A model generated the notes under the pieces. It saw only the letters and a program-made list of their open reading frames with translations. It did no database searches and had not been told where the DNA came from. From Truepera sp. (GTDB taxonomy: Bacteria > Deinococcota > Deinococci > Deinococcales > Trueperaceae): DNA of 64,000 bases. Shown here one piece after another: positions 27,886-39,217 of the stretch (position 1 is the stretch's first letter; each line of letters opens with the position of its first letter). The DNA is taken from the NCBI GenBank assembly GCA_965218435.1, contig CBDCKW010000009.1, positions 288,001-352,000 of the forward strand, in the 5' to 3' direction. The position numbers and the translations under genes were made by a program.

Positions 27886-30009
27886 TTACTTAGGACGTAA
27901 AAGGGTGATAACGGGTCTGGCGTTGGGGGTTTCGTCGTCTTTTTGATCGAACCATGAGACATACAAGTAGCCCGTAGTTGGACTCTGAGCAATATCAATC
28001 GGATCAAGAAGGTCTTCCCGTTTTGGGATAATAGGATCAATCGAAGTGGCGTTACCGTCGCTCCCAAGCGTGACTGCAACAATGTCGTCATATCTGCTGT
28101 AGCGGGTGACTAGTAGTTTTCCTTTGAGGTTAGGGAACGCGTTGCCTGTATATTCAATTGCTCCGTCCGGCGAAACATTATTGCCAAAGTCGCCGGCAGG
28201 CCCGCGGTAGTTGGGATCGTAGCTGGTTCCAGCAGGGTACTCGGGTCTCTGAGTTGTAGGCTGACCCGGAAAGCCGATAGCGCCCCCGTTTAGAACCCAC
28301 TCACAACGTTTGGGGTTAGGCGTGCCATAATACCCACCCTTTTCGATCTTAAAGAGGTAGTCCTGCAGGGTTTCGGTAATTTTCCAGCCGTCGGTTTTAT
28401 CGTTGCTATAAGGGGCGTTTACATCTGACGGGTTGGCGAGCATCGGGCCGGTATAGGGTTTGCCGTCAATTCGGTGGTCACAAGTGCCGGGAAGAGGGTT
28501 ATAACGCGGGATATTGCCGCCACCTGCCGAACCGTTTGCCGGTACATAGAGATGACCGTTCGAGTGCCAAACCAAATCATACGAGTTACGTGTGCCACTC
28601 GCGTAGACCGTCAGCGGCGCACCGGGCGCGAAAGGATTGTAGTTGCCACCGTCCTCAGTCTGAGCGTTGAGAGGCAAGTTGCCGCCCAAAAGATTGGTGT
28701 CTAAGCGTAATACAGCGCCGGAAAGCGCACGTTCTTCCTGGAACTTCCAGGCGGCATCGGGTGCGCCCATCGCGGTATTGCTTCCCTGCATGAAGTAGAG
28801 AACACCGGGTTCAGCCGGGTTAAAGGCGATGGAGTTGGTGACGTGGTCTTTACTCGAGCGGGGCAACCCAACGACAACATCTTGAACGGTCTCGAGGTTT
28901 GGGCCGCTTAGCCGGGTCACTTTGCCCGCCCAAGGCTGATTGATCCCGTTACCCACCGAGCCGTCAAAGTTATTGACATCGATGTAGGTGTTGGTGACCC
29001 AAGCGATAAGGTTGTTTGCTGTCGAACTTGGATCGAAAGTCAAACCAATTGCTAGACGCGGGCCACCTTCAGCCTGTTGTAACGAATTAATGATCTTCGG
29101 TGTTCCGAGCGTACCGTCGGCGGCAACCGGGAAACGCTGAATTTCTCCTAAGATTGTAAGGCCGTAGAGATTACCATCAGGGCCGAAGGTTAGAGAACTG
29201 TATCTGGTTCCGGTCGTGCCGGGTTGCTTGGTAGAAACAATGTTTGAAATCGTCGGGACTTCGCTGCCACCTGCAGAAGTTGTCGTAAAAGTGCTGGTGT
29301 AAGGCGTGAACGGCACGCCGTCATCTTCTACCGCGCTCGTTACATTGAAACGGTACGTCGTATTGGGCTCGAGCAGCCGTGACGACTGAAGGATAATCGT
29401 GTCACCGCCGCCTGAAGTGGTTGGTGCGCTGGTAAGTACCCGTTGTCCATCTATTGTTTCTAAATAGACCGAATCGGTTGTCAGCGTAGATGTGTCAAGG
29501 CCACCAAGGGGGGTATTAATGACGGTTGAAATACCGCTTGTACCTGCATCTAGCGGAACATCAACCGCGCCGTCTGCCGGAGCTGACGAGACAACCGAAG
29601 GCACATCCGCTGAAACCGTCGTAAAGGTGCTGTTGTAATCTCCAAATGACGCGCCACTTGCGTCAGTCACGCCTGAAGTCAACTCAAAGCGGTATGTGGT
29701 GCCGAACTCGAGCTGTGACGAAGGGTCGAGCGTCAGCGTTTCCTGGTCGTTAAGAACCATGACATTGGCAGGCACAGGGGCGTTGGTTGAGGTGTTAACC
29801 AGGCGTACTGAACTGTCACTGATACTGGTCTGGTTGATGCCGCCGTTGGGCAAGCTGAGCTGAGCGATAACGCTGGCACCGACTGAAACATTGGTAGCTG
29901 AATTGCTCGGAGTCACGCTGTTAACTTTTGGATTACCTTGCATTGGAGGCTGAAAAATACCGCAGCCCGCAAGCGTGAACAGCAAAAACAAAATACCTAT
30001 CCGTCTCAT
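27886..30009 (-). CDS. Lipoprotein: two Big_5 Ig-like domains plus glucose/sorbosone-dehydrogenase-like beta-propeller
   Basis: Lipobox LAGC; PxV.SV.P..GA.NV Ig repeats; FGPDGNLY, GLPRS..DH.TN and GTRNSYDL motifs. Confidence 0.75.
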   Translation of the reverse strand: MRRIGILFLLFTLAGCGIFQPPMQGNPKVNSVTPSNSATNVSVGASVIAQLSLPNGGINQTSISDSSVRLVNTSTNAPVPANVMVLNDQETLTLDPSSQLEFGTTYRFELTSGVTDASGASFGDYNSTFTTVSADVPSVVSSAPADGAVDVPLDAGTSGISTVINTPLGGLDTSTLTTDSVYLETIDGQRVLTSAPTTSGGGDTIILQSSRLLEPNTTYRFNVTSAVEDDGVPFTPYTSTFTTTSAGGSEVPTISNIVSTKQPGTTGTRYSSLTFGPDGNLYGLTILGEIQRFPVAADGTLGTPKIINSLQQAEGGPRLAIGLTFDPSSTANNLIAWVTNTYIDVNNFDGSVGNGINQPWAGKVTRLSGPNLETVQDVVVGLPRSSKDHVTNSIAFNPAEPGVLYFMQGSNTAMGAPDAAWKFQEERALSGAVLRLDTNLLGGNLPLNAQTEDGGNYNPFAPGAPLTVYASGTRNSYDLVWHSNGHLYVPANGSAGGGNIPRYNPLPGTCDHRIDGKPYTGPMLANPSDVNAPYSNDKTDGWKITETLQDYLFKIEKGGYYGTPNPKRCEWVLNGGAIGFPGQPTTQRPEYPAGTSYDPNYRGPAGDFGNNVSPDGAIEYTGNAFPNLKGKLLVTRYSRYDDIVAVTLGSDGNATSIDPIIPKREDLLDPIDIAQSPTTGYLYVSWFDQKDDETPNARPVITLLRPK

Positions 30010-30072
30010 CTAAACTCCTTTTACAGCTTGAAGGTGACGGAGTTGAGCCCGTCACCTCCGACCGGTCTGGGG

Positions 30073-32577
30073 TTAATTAACCGGCCTGATGTTCTCCATG
30101 ATGTACATATTATCGTTGTAATCACAATTTCCGGGTGGCTCTGCCGACCCACCGTCACTAGGCACCTTTGGAACTCCGTAACCGTTACAGCCAGGTCTTA
30201 CGAAGTCTTGCGCGATGATGTAGCTGTCTGCTACAAGATTACCGGAGCGGTCACGTAGCGGCCAGAAGCGCACACCAAGGTTTCCGCGCGTGTTCGAACT
30301 GTAGCTGGCAACGTCTACCTCGAAGGCACCTTGGTGGTTTACCGTCAACTGTGCGAGGCTGCCGTTATTTTGACGTGGGTAGATAGACTCAGTGTCGTTT
30401 CCTGAGTGGCTTAGGACCGCAAAAGGACTAGAGCTACCACGGCTGATTAGCTTCATATTGAACTGCGCAATGTTGCAGCAAGGGTAAAAAGCTGCGATCT
30501 GAAGAACAGAAATGGGTTTGCTCGAGTCGGCCGCTTCCCAAAACGCCGAACGTATCTCTTCGCCCGCCAGCGGTGAATTCGGTGCAGGGTTGAGCAGACC
30601 GCCACTACTGATTTCTCCCAGCTTGGTTTTATACCCGAACAGCTGATTGATGAGCGGCGCGAAGTAGACTTCGCGGGCACCTTCAGGTTTTAACATGTAA
30701 AGTCCGGCGAGCTGAAGCCCTGCGCGCTGTGTACCCGACTGAATCAGCAAACCCGCCGGATAGACCCCCTTCGAATTAAAGCCGGTTGGATTAAACTCGA
30801 CCTTGATCGGACGTTCTTCACCAGGTTGAAGGGTCAAGTTGTATTCGCCGTTCGGTAACACGAACAGATTATCGTTCTGAAAGCTTAAGCTCAGCTGAAG
30901 GGCGCTGCCGCCGGTGTTTTGCAGGTTGACCGTGCCGGTCGTTGGAAATGTGATACCTGTCCACCGCTCTCTGGTCGGACCACAACTGGGGCTCACGGCA
31001 GGGTCGCAGGGCTTGCCCGTGGTTTTCTCGATTTTCTGCAATACCAAACGGTCGCTATAGGGCAGACCAAGCGCGTTTGAGACTCTGAGTCCGGCGATAC
31101 CGTTAGCCGGTGGCGTGTTAGGTACAGGTGGAATGGGAACTTTAGGTGTTTCCTCGGTTGCCTCGCCCGGCGTGACGTTACGTACAATAACGACGATATC
31201 GTTGTAGTCGTTGCCCTTACCATTGTTGAACTCGTCGGTTGCCATAACGTAAGCGTTGGGTTCGGTGGTGCCGTCCGCGTTGACAAACGGGTAGGTACGA
31301 ACATGATGCCGGAGCGTATCAAAGTTGTTAAGCCTATTTTCGGTAAAAACCTCGCGTTTGTTAAAAAACTTGTTGCTGGGCCACGCTGAGTACAGCCCGA
31401 AACTTTCCGTTCCAGGGTCAAAGGTCACGGTATCGCCGCTAACCGTGCCTTTGCCCGCTTCCGTAACAACCGGGGCGAGGCGCTGCGCGTTGAGGGTCGG
31501 CGTCTGCTCGATGCTAAAAATTTCGGTCTGTGCGCCTGCGTCTCCGGCGGTGTAGTAGCCGAAGTCGAGCACCGGGTTGTTTGGAACGCCGAACGTCGCT
31601 AAAACCTGAACGGTGACCGGGCTTGTAGGCGACGCTTTGGTAAATGTTTGGGCTGGTGTAACTTCTTGGCCGACAGGACCTTCAGTTGGAGCATTGACGA
31701 GGTTGGTTGTGCTCGGGTCTTGGTCGCCGGTAGCAATTTTGAAGCCGTAGGTGTCTAAAATCCACTGGAGCGACGGTTCTTTTTGTCCGCCTTGCCCCTC
31801 GACGCCGAGACCGCCCAAGGGAACTGAGAGGTTAGGTGCAGTCGTGTCGTCGCTCTGAATATTGAGAGTGGCGAGTTTGGGGCCGTTGCTGCTTTTGGTA
31901 AATTTGAGGCTCAGGTCGCGGGTTGCGCCGGGCGCGAGGCTAAACGCACCCGCGTCAGCCAGTGAAAACTGCGCTGCGTCTGCGCCGCCGATGCTGAGGC
32001 TCGAGACGTTGACGGTCTCCCTGCCGCCGTTCGTCAGGGTCAAGGTGCGGGTGTCGCTCGAGGTCGAGCCGCCCGCCGTAAAGAGAACCTGCGCCGGATT
32101 TGCGGCGAGGCTGCCGCCCGTGCTGGGGCCTGAACCTGTACCGGTGGTAAAGGTGCTGGTAAACGGCGTCAGAGCGGTGCCGTCGGCGGTTTGCACGTCG
32201 GCGGTTACCTTAAAGGTGTACACCGTCATCGTGGCGAGGTCGGTGGTCGGATCGAGGACTAAGGTGTTGCCTTCCATCGTCCGCGCGGCTGGAACTACAG
32301 CCCCGGCCGCGTCGGTCAAGGAGACTGACTGATCGGTCAGCGTGGTCACGTTGAGTTGCCCGCTACCCGGTAAGTTCAGCGTCGCGCGGACGCTGCTGCT
32401 CGTTCCGACGTTGGGCGCGCCGTTGGTTGGAGCAACACTGCTTACGCCGGGTGCGCCTGATCCGGGCGGGGAAAAGAGGCCACATGCTCCCAGGCTTACG
32501 GCGAGAACGGTGACGCCCAAGACTTGCGTAAGAAAACGTTTCGTTCGGGCTGAGGCTATAAAACCTTGGTTCATCAA
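30073..32577 (-). CDS. Lipoprotein: Big_5 plus ASH/Hydin-like Ig domains and putative Ca-binding modules
   Basis: Lipobox LGAC; LTLTNGG and VNLQNTG ASH-type strands; two DYND motifs. Confidence 0.7.
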   Translation of the reverse strand: MMNQGFIASARTKRFLTQVLGVTVLAVSLGACGLFSPPGSGAPGVSSVAPTNGAPNVGTSSSVRATLNLPGSGQLNVTTLTDQSVSLTDAAGAVVPAARTMEGNTLVLDPTTDLATMTVYTFKVTADVQTADGTALTPFTSTFTTGTGSGPSTGGSLAANPAQVLFTAGGSTSSDTRTLTLTNGGRETVNVSSLSIGGADAAQFSLADAGAFSLAPGATRDLSLKFTKSSNGPKLATLNIQSDDTTAPNLSVPLGGLGVEGQGGQKEPSLQWILDTYGFKIATGDQDPSTTNLVNAPTEGPVGQEVTPAQTFTKASPTSPVTVQVLATFGVPNNPVLDFGYYTAGDAGAQTEIFSIEQTPTLNAQRLAPVVTEAGKGTVSGDTVTFDPGTESFGLYSAWPSNKFFNKREVFTENRLNNFDTLRHHVRTYPFVNADGTTEPNAYVMATDEFNNGKGNDYNDIVVIVRNVTPGEATEETPKVPIPPVPNTPPANGIAGLRVSNALGLPYSDRLVLQKIEKTTGKPCDPAVSPSCGPTRERWTGITFPTTGTVNLQNTGGSALQLSLSFQNDNLFVLPNGEYNLTLQPGEERPIKVEFNPTGFNSKGVYPAGLLIQSGTQRAGLQLAGLYMLKPEGAREVYFAPLINQLFGYKTKLGEISSGGLLNPAPNSPLAGEEIRSAFWEAADSSKPISVLQIAAFYPCCNIAQFNMKLISRGSSSPFAVLSHSGNDTESIYPRQNNGSLAQLTVNHQGAFEVDVASYSSNTRGNLGVRFWPLRDRSGNLVADSYIIAQDFVRPGCNGYGVPKVPSDGGSAEPPGNCDYNDNMYIMENIRPVN

Positions 32578-33259
32578 GTGACCTGTCGGGAACAGCGGAG
32601 CAGAAGATGGCGTGCGGCTAACATAAAAACCTCCAGGGATTACGCGGACACGGCGCGGCTTGGTGCTCTGCCTGTCCTACTTTTAGGTACGCACCGTTAG
32701 AGTACGTTACACACTGATATTGTAAAAGCCTGAGCTGAATCAGTCGGGTACAGACATTACAGGATTGTCGGCCGCACTGAGTAGGATTATCCTCACTTTA
32801 GAAGTATTGCAGGTCGCTCAGCACCCAGGCAGCTGTCAGCCCGCCACAAAGACCGTAAAAACTGCAAAAGGCAGCTGCGAAGACATTTTTAGAAAATGGG
32901 CGTTCGCCACTTGACCTCACCTGTTTTCTGCAATTGACCGAACGGTCACCCGGTCTGCAAATCGTAAAAATATTTTGTCGGCAGCAGGCAAGTTTGGCGG
33001 TGTAGCACGCCTTAAGCCGACGCAGGTCTTCACGACTTAATACCACTTTGCACACGCTTTAGCTGTGCACTTTTTAACAGTGCAAATTTTAATAGGGTAA
33101 AAGCTCTCGGCGTAAACAAGTAGCATAGGAAATGCCGTTAATGCGCAGTTTGCCTCATATCCTACGCCGGTAAACCTGTTAGAGTCCTTTAAGAAGGTGA
33201 GCTACCTTAAGTAGTTTGGTGTTACTCGGGTAGCCTTATCCCGGAATTTTGGAGTCGTT

Positions 33260-33790
33260 ATGCACGTCTGGGTCATTACAGATTTTCAGGTTCTTAACAA
33301 AGCTCTGACTGAACTCGTCTCGAGCCTAGGGTTTCACGCGCATAATACCCAAACGCCCGAGGTCGAAGTAGCCCTCGTCTACCTGACGCGGACGCTGCCG
33401 CCCTATCCGGCACCTGCGCCGGTCCCGACGCTGGCGCTTTTTTCCGGCAACGAAGACGAAGTGATCCGGCTGTTGCAACGCGGCTACCGTGGTTATTTGG
33501 GACCCGACGATCCGCTCAGCCGCCTGAAGCTGGCGCTCGAGGCGCTTCGCCGTGGTGAAATCTGGGCGAGCCGTGAGCTGCTGACCCGCACGTTGGGCAC
33601 GCTTGCCGCCCCCCAACTGACCGAACGCGAGCGCGAAGTGCTGCAGCTTTTGGCCGGGGGTCTCAGTAACCGCGCGATTGCTAAAGAGCTGGGGATTTCA
33701 GAGCGCACCGTCAAGGCGCACGTGTCGAACCTATTTGATAAACACGGTGTCAGAAACCGAACCGAACTCGTTTCTCAAGTTCAGCCCTAA
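33260..33790 (+). CDS. LuxR/NarL-type HTH regulator with degenerate receiver domain
   Basis: LTEREREVL..LA.GLSNRAIA.EL.ISERTVKAHV; receiver lacks the acidic pocket and phospho-Asp. Confidence 0.88.
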   Translation: MHVWVITDFQVLNKALTELVSSLGFHAHNTQTPEVEVALVYLTRTLPPYPAPAPVPTLALFSGNEDEVIRLLQRGYRGYLGPDDPLSRLKLALEALRRGEIWASRELLTRTLGTLAAPQLTEREREVLQLLAGGLSNRAIAKELGISERTVKAHVSNLFDKHGVRNRTELVSQVQP

Positions 33791-34031
33791 AGCTTTTAGC
33801 AGCGTAAGTTTCAACCTCTTGTAAAGGTAACCCTACAAGCTTAATAACGCCGAAGGGACAAAGCAGAGAGCGGAATGTAGTAGTAAGTCTGTTCTGGAAG
33901 ACAAGCTGTTATCATTGTCGTATCAGCGTAAGCACTGAACACAGTTGATATCATCACAGACTATGACGTGTATACAACTGTTCCACTACGCTTGGATTTA
34001 ATGACCCCTACACTAAATCAATATTAAAGAC

Positions 34032-34069
34032 AAAGATGGGCTGGATTGCTTCAAGTAATCCAGCTCATC
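34032..34069 (-). terminator. Intrinsic terminator
   Basis: gatgggctggattgc/gtaatccagctcatc long stem. Confidence 0.7.
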
Positions 34070-34078
34070 CAAACGGCG

Positions 34079-34738
34079 TTAAAAAGCGCCAACGTTAACA
34101 CCATACTGTATATATAGCGAGGGGGCTAAGCGGGAGTTCGATTCATAAGAATAAGCTTTATGTGTCCCTGATCCTTGAATCATAAATGCCATCTTGTTTC
34201 CACTGCGCCAACCAGGGCGAGATATGATTTCTCTTACAATTCTAGTAACGTCAACAGCATACAGCTTGCCACTAGTCCAATCTAATGGTGTCCATATCTC
34301 ACCCGCATAGGTTTCTACTCTGTTACTGATGCTAGGACGACCGTTAATAAAAGAAGCAGCATTGTCAACGTCATTGCCGAAAATATACAAATACGAGTTA
34401 TTACGGCTTGAATTTCCTTTTGCGTAGAAGAGAAGACGAGCTGAAAGAAGGTTTTGGCTTTTGACTATGGGAACTGTAAATCTTAGGCCAACTAGCTGTT
34501 CGACGCTACTCTCGCCTAACTCCAAAGTCGAGCTTCCAAGTTGTGTGTAGCGGTTTGCCTCTTCGGCATCGTTGCTACCGCTCGTAATCTTCGAATTGTA
34601 TGTACAGAAATCATTGATGTAGTCGCAACTAGTCGGTTCCAAGCTACTAACATCATTCTTTGTTGGTCCAACTCCTCCGCAAGCTGAGAGAAACACTATC
34701 GTTGATAAAGCTGAGAGCCTAAACAATCGTAGACGCAT
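34079..34738 (-). CDS. Low-GC lipoprotein with extracellular beta-sandwich domain (DAEE...VGLRF, DNRLRE/CBM-like)
   Basis: Lipobox LSAC; SNDAEE, VGLRF, RPGWRSGN and SYES..APSL motifs; AT-rich codons. Confidence 0.6.
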   Translation of the reverse strand: MRLRLFRLSALSTIVFLSACGGVGPTKNDVSSLEPTSCDYINDFCTYNSKITSGSNDAEEANRYTQLGSSTLELGESSVEQLVGLRFTVPIVKSQNLLSARLLFYAKGNSSRNNSYLYIFGNDVDNAASFINGRPSISNRVETYAGEIWTPLDWTSGKLYAVDVTRIVREIISRPGWRSGNKMAFMIQGSGTHKAYSYESNSRLAPSLYIQYGVNVGAF

Positions 34739-34978
34739 TGTTTTCCTTTCTGAACTGTTTTAGTGAGTGCACTATGCCCAACACAATTAGAACCCCAAGC
34801 CCCCTCTTCTGAATAATTACCCAAGAGGATACTAGCAAATAATCTAGTTCATGTCAACGCTTTATCATCTCTACGTCCTTAAGCTACCGAACAAACTTTT
34901 TCCGATAGTTTTTCCCCTTGTATGTTCCGTATGGTAAAAGCGATTTTAGTGGCTAATACGGCTGTGCTACCCTGGGGG

Positions 34979-35722
34979 ATGCGCCTTTTAATCTCTAACG
35001 ATGACGGTATCTACAGCCCCGGTATCCGCGCCTTAGCTGAAGTCGCGCGTGAGTTCGGCGAAGTCCGTATTGTCGCGCCCGACGTTGAGCAGTCGGCGAT
35101 GGGTCACGCCATTACCATTTCTAGGCCGCTGACCTACCACCAAACGCCGATTGAAGGCTTTGAAGCGTACCGCGTCAACGGTACCCCGGCAGACTGTGTG
35201 GCACTTGGGGCCGACCTCTGGGCCGACGTGGATTTGGTGTTGTCGGGTATTAACCTGGGCCTCAACTTGGGCCACAACGTGTGGCATTCGGGGACGGTCG
35301 CTGCGGCGAAACAAGCCGCCTTTTTAGAGATTCAGGCGATTGCCTTTAGTGCTCCCTATGAGGGCACGCTCCCGGACTATGAGGTGCTGAAGCCGTTTGT
35401 CCGGGACATCGTTACGCGCCTGTTGGAGGAGCCGAAGCTGCCGCTGGTGAATGTGAACTTACCCCTCGAGCCCCAAGGCGTCCGCTGGACCCGGCAGTCG
35501 GTCCGGCACTACGAAGGCAGCGTCGTTCCCGGTGAAGACCCGATGGGCCGCTCGCACTACTGGTTCGCGGCCTATCCGCGTACCGGAGCCGAAAAAGGCA
35601 CCGACCGCTGGGCGCTGGAAAATAATTACGTCTCGCTGACGCCCTTACGCCTCGACCTGACGGATGAAAAGCTCCTGGCTGAGGCGGTCACCAAGGCGAA
35701 AGAGGCGCAGGTTTCCGGATAA
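34979..35722 (+). CDS. surE: 5'/3'-nucleotidase SurE
   Basis: SNDDG, GTPADCV, SGINLG.N and SGTVAAA motifs. Confidence 0.95.
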   Translation: MRLLISNDDGIYSPGIRALAEVAREFGEVRIVAPDVEQSAMGHAITISRPLTYHQTPIEGFEAYRVNGTPADCVALGADLWADVDLVLSGINLGLNLGHNVWHSGTVAAAKQAAFLEIQAIAFSAPYEGTLPDYEVLKPFVRDIVTRLLEEPKLPLVNVNLPLEPQGVRWTRQSVRHYEGSVVPGEDPMGRSHYWFAAYPRTGAEKGTDRWALENNYVSLTPLRLDLTDEKLLAEAVTKAKEAQVSG

Positions 35723-35740
35723 AGCATCGAGCTTGCAAGC

Positions 35741-36505
35741 TTATCCAGCTAAGTCGGCTCTACCGAAACCCTCAGCCGCGCTGACCTCGAAGTAACGTCT
35801 GACCCAAGCCTCCGAAACCTCATCGGCAAGCCGTTCTTGCGGCAGTTCCGGGAGCGACCAGCCGGGGGCGGGCTCGAGCCCTAAAAAGTCTAAAATTCCG
35901 CGTACCGCACGCTCGGGTGCCCGCACATAATCTTCGTAGACGACGGTGTAAGGTGTGGCCTCGACTTCGTCGAAAAAACTCTGCCAGCGCGCCTCACGTA
36001 AGGCTAGTTCGTGAACCCAACTGTTGAGCGTGGCAAAGTCAAATTCGGCGTTACCTGCCGCAACTGAGGGTGCTTCACCTCGGTAACGTGCCCATACCCC
36101 CGAGGTACTCGCCCGCATGTATGAGACCGCCTGCCGCACCTTATCGCGCCGCGTTAGATAGACAAAGCGGAGGCCCGGAAACGCCCGCCGCACCGCGTCG
36201 GCGTCGCTTAACTGCGGCGCAGCGAGCCGTTCGCGTAGGGCGTCGAAGGTAGGATTGGCGTCCACGTCGAGCATGACTTTAACCCCGAAGACCCCGTTGG
36301 CGGTGGCTGTTTGCGTGGTTACGGCGTCCAGATAGCTGCTCGCGGTAGCGGCCCCGAAGCGCCCAAAAAGCCCTGGCCAGAAGCGGCGGTTAAAGTATTC
36401 GGTCGGGCGTCCGGCGACGCCGGTTCGCTCGAGCGCGTCCCCGAGCGCCGAAGAGCCGCTACGAGGTGTGGTGCAGAGCCAGTACGAAGGGTTAGAGAAG
36501 GTCAC
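35741..36505 (-). CDS. Stf0/LpsS-family PAPS sulfotransferase
   Basis: TPRSGSS 5'-PSB loop, P.EYF, GVKVM, R.DKVRQAVS and YED motifs; GTG start inferred. Confidence 0.85.
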   Translation of the reverse strand: MTFSNPSYWLCTTPRSGSSALGDALERTGVAGRPTEYFNRRFWPGLFGRFGAATASSYLDAVTTQTATANGVFGVKVMLDVDANPTFDALRERLAAPQLSDADAVRRAFPGLRFVYLTRRDKVRQAVSYMRASTSGVWARYRGEAPSVAAGNAEFDFATLNSWVHELALREARWQSFFDEVEATPYTVVYEDYVRAPERAVRGILDFLGLEPAPGWSLPELPQERLADEVSEAWVRRYFEVSAAEGFGRADLAG

Positions 36506-36584
36506 GTTCTCAGCATGAAGTACCCCACGCGGCTCGTTAGCGGGGTACTTCACGGTTAGCTGGGGTCTTGGTCTAGGTGAACAC

Positions 36585-36953
36585 TCAGCTTGGTGCGGCG
36601 GATTTAGGCACAATCTGCGTAGCGACGCATTGCCAGCTTTCGTTACGTTTGGCGTAGACCCGCATATAGCGCTGTTTAAGTTCTAACGTTTTGCCAACGC
36701 CGTAAAAAGCGCTGGTAACTACGGCTGTGTCCCCAAAAAGCAACAGCCTGACGTCTTCATACGTGACGGAATCAAAAAGGTTCGGGTGTGACGCCAGCAT
36801 TTCTAGCAAGTCTTGCTTTGTCATTGTCTGACCTGCTGGCCCGACGCCTACCCAATCGTCGGCAACAACGTTACTGACAGTCTCGAGGTCGCCTTCTCGA
36901 GGAGCCTTGCTCCAGGTTTCCTCGAGAGCCAAAACTGCTTCAGCATCATTCAT
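36585..36953 (-). CDS. NTF2-like (DUF4440) protein
   Basis: E..W..A...GD, GDTAVV and VY.KR...WQ.V motifs. Confidence 0.85.
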   Translation of the reverse strand: MNDAEAVLALEETWSKAPREGDLETVSNVVADDWVGVGPAGQTMTKQDLLEMLASHPNLFDSVTYEDVRLLLFGDTAVVTSAFYGVGKTLELKQRYMRVYAKRNESWQCVATQIVPKSAAPS

Positions 36954-36964
36954 TTAAGTCACCT

Positions 36965-37825
36965 CTACCCCTTGACCGACCCCGCCAGCAACCCTCGGAT
37001 AAAATAGCGGCCCAGGATAATGTAAATGAGCAGCGTCGGCAGCGCCGCCAAAATCGCCCCGGCCATCGGTAAGTTCCAGTTCACCGCTTGCCCGCCTGCG
37101 AGGTTAGCAAGCCCCACGGTGATGGGCTGCGTCTGCTGATTGGTCAGCGTAATAGCGAACAAAAACTCGTTCCACACCTGCGTAAACTGCCAGATAATCA
37201 CCACCACAAAGCCGGAAACCGAGAGCGGAAAGACGACTCGCCAGTAGAGGCCGAAAAATCCGGCCCCGTCTATCTTGCCCGCCTCGAGCATCTCATCGGG
37301 GATTTCGGCGTAAAAGTTTCTGAAAATTAGGGTAGTAATCGGCAACCCGTACACGATGTGCGTCAAGATCAGGCCCCAGAGCGAGCCGTAAAGTCCCAAA
37401 TCGCTCAAGAACTGAAAGAGCGGAATCAGGATGCTCTGATACGGAATAAACATGCCGAATAAAATCAGCGGAAAGACGATGTTCGCGCCCGGAAAGCGCC
37501 ACTTTGAAAGCACGTAGCCGTTGAGTGACCCCAAAATCGCCGAGCCGAGCGTCGCCGTAACCGTTAGGGCCAAGCTGTTACGGAGCTGCGGGGCAAACGT
37601 CGCCCAGGCCGTTTGAAAACTCGACCAGTTCCAGGCCGTCGGCAGCCGCCAAGTATTTTGCAAACTGATGTCGGCGGGCGCTTTAAGGCTGGTAACGACC
37701 ACCAGATAGATCGGTAACAGATAAAAAAGTGCTGCAATGACAAGGAGCACGTAAACAACCCAGCGAAACCGCCGTGGGTTGGCGGTTTTGGTATTGGGTT
37801 CGCGTACCACAGTTACCGCGCTCAT
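36965..37825 (-). CDS. Carbohydrate ABC transporter permease
   Basis: [11 protein letters not shown] loop; WNEFLFA. Confidence 0.95.
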   Translation of the reverse strand: MSAVTVVREPNTKTANPRRFRWVVYVLLVIAALFYLLPIYLVVVTSLKAPADISLQNTWRLPTAWNWSSFQTAWATFAPQLRNSLALTVTATLGSAILGSLNGYVLSKWRFPGANIVFPLILFGMFIPYQSILIPLFQFLSDLGLYGSLWGLILTHIVYGLPITTLIFRNFYAEIPDEMLEAGKIDGAGFFGLYWRVVFPLSVSGFVVVIIWQFTQVWNEFLFAITLTNQQTQPITVGLANLAGGQAVNWNLPMAGAILAALPTLLIYIILGRYFIRGLLAGSVKG

Positions 37826-38940
37826 CGCCGCACCTCCCCGCGGAGGCTCGAGTACAGGTAAGGGACGATCACGAGCGCGACCAGTACGAGTAAGATCATG
37901 GCAATCGCGGCTCCTTGCGCAAACTGATTGGCGCGAAACGCCTGCAAGTACATTAAAAGCGCCGGGACATCGGTCGTGGCGTTGTCAGCCCCGGCCATTG
38001 CGAAAATCAAATCGAAAATCTTGAGACTGATGTGCCCCAAAATAATCATCGCCGAGAGCGTAATGGGTGCTAGCAGCGGCAAAATCACAAAGCGGTAGAG
38101 CTGCCACTCGCTCGCACCGTCGCTCCGGGCGGCTTCGCGCAGGTCATCGGGAATCCCGCGCAGACCCGCAAGATAAAGCGCCATCGTGTAGCCCGACATC
38201 TGCCAGACCGCCGCTAAAATGATGCCGATAAACGCCAAGTTAAAGCCGTGTACTTCAGGATTCGCCAAGATGACGGTGCTACGTGCGCCGGTCAACGTCC
38301 ACGCTAACAGTCCGAGCGTGATGATACTAACGACGACGCCCTGCGTGCGCCGTCCGTTACGAAACGCTGCGATGAGAACAAAAATGAGCACGACGGAAAC
38401 GATCAGGCCGGTAAAAAAGGGCAGGTTTTGCCAGTTAAACTGCCACACCTGCACCCGCGACGAGAGCCAGCGAAACGTACCGGCGGGTAGACCGATCGCC
38501 GTCGGTAAGACGTTGACGCCGCCTTGGGGTTGGAGCATCCAGCGCCAGATGGTCCCGGTGACGATAAACGCGAGCGCCATCGGAAAGAGAAACACGGTGC
38601 GGAAAAACGCCTCGCCCCGGACGTTTTGCTCTAAGAGGATTGCCAGACCCAACCCGAGCCCGAGGCAACCGGCCAAAAAGAACACCGTAAAAAAGAAGGT
38701 GTTGACCAAGTCTTGGCGAAAGCGTGCTTGGCTCGCGGCCGTAAAGAGCTCGCGGTAGTTTTCAAAACCGATAAATTTAAGTATCGGATTAAGCGCCAGC
38801 GCCTGCACCGGGTCTTGCCCCCAGTTGGTCAGTGAGGTGTAAAACGTCTGACCGATGAAGCCGTAGACGAATACACCGAGCAAAACGAGGGACGGGAGCA
38901 GCATCAGGACGGCTGTTAGGCGGTCTCGAGAAAACCTCAT
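37822..38940 (-). CDS. Carbohydrate ABC transporter permease
   Basis: EAARSDGA loop; multi-TM. Confidence 0.95.
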   Translation of the reverse strand: MRFSRDRLTAVLMLLPSLVLLGVFVYGFIGQTFYTSLTNWGQDPVQALALNPILKFIGFENYRELFTAASQARFRQDLVNTFFFTVFFLAGCLGLGLGLAILLEQNVRGEAFFRTVFLFPMALAFIVTGTIWRWMLQPQGGVNVLPTAIGLPAGTFRWLSSRVQVWQFNWQNLPFFTGLIVSVVLIFVLIAAFRNGRRTQGVVVSIITLGLLAWTLTGARSTVILANPEVHGFNLAFIGIILAAVWQMSGYTMALYLAGLRGIPDDLREAARSDGASEWQLYRFVILPLLAPITLSAMIILGHISLKIFDLIFAMAGADNATTDVPALLMYLQAFRANQFAQGAAIAMILLVLVALVIVPYLYSSLRGEVRR

Positions 38941-39164
38941 ACGAATATCTCCTAATTAAATAGCCTTACTTCAGCCAGCTCGAGCATACAGGTTCAAGGT
39001 GTTTAAGGAACCGACTGTTACCGCCTTGTCGCAACTGTTGCCGTCTGGTACGTCGGTAGTCATGAAGCCAATCGTCAGAAGCTTGCCAGCTCTTTGTGTC
39101 TTTGACGCGTCTTGTTGGGGCTAACATCACACATCAGCAAAAACCCAACCCAGACCTGTGCTGC

Positions 39165-39203
39165 AAAAAAGAACGCCGAGTGGCGTGTGGCCCTCGGCGT
39201 TCT
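39165..39203 (-). terminator. Hairpin/terminator after the binding-protein gene
   Basis: gaacgccgag/ctcggcgttc stem with A6. Confidence 0.7.
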
Positions 39204-39217
39204 CCGGTTACAAAAGC

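Noticed and set aside
32580..33250. Possible c-di-GMP or c-di-AMP riboswitch in the long leader of the Ig-protein operon
   Set aside because: Could not find the conserved aptamer motifs on either strand
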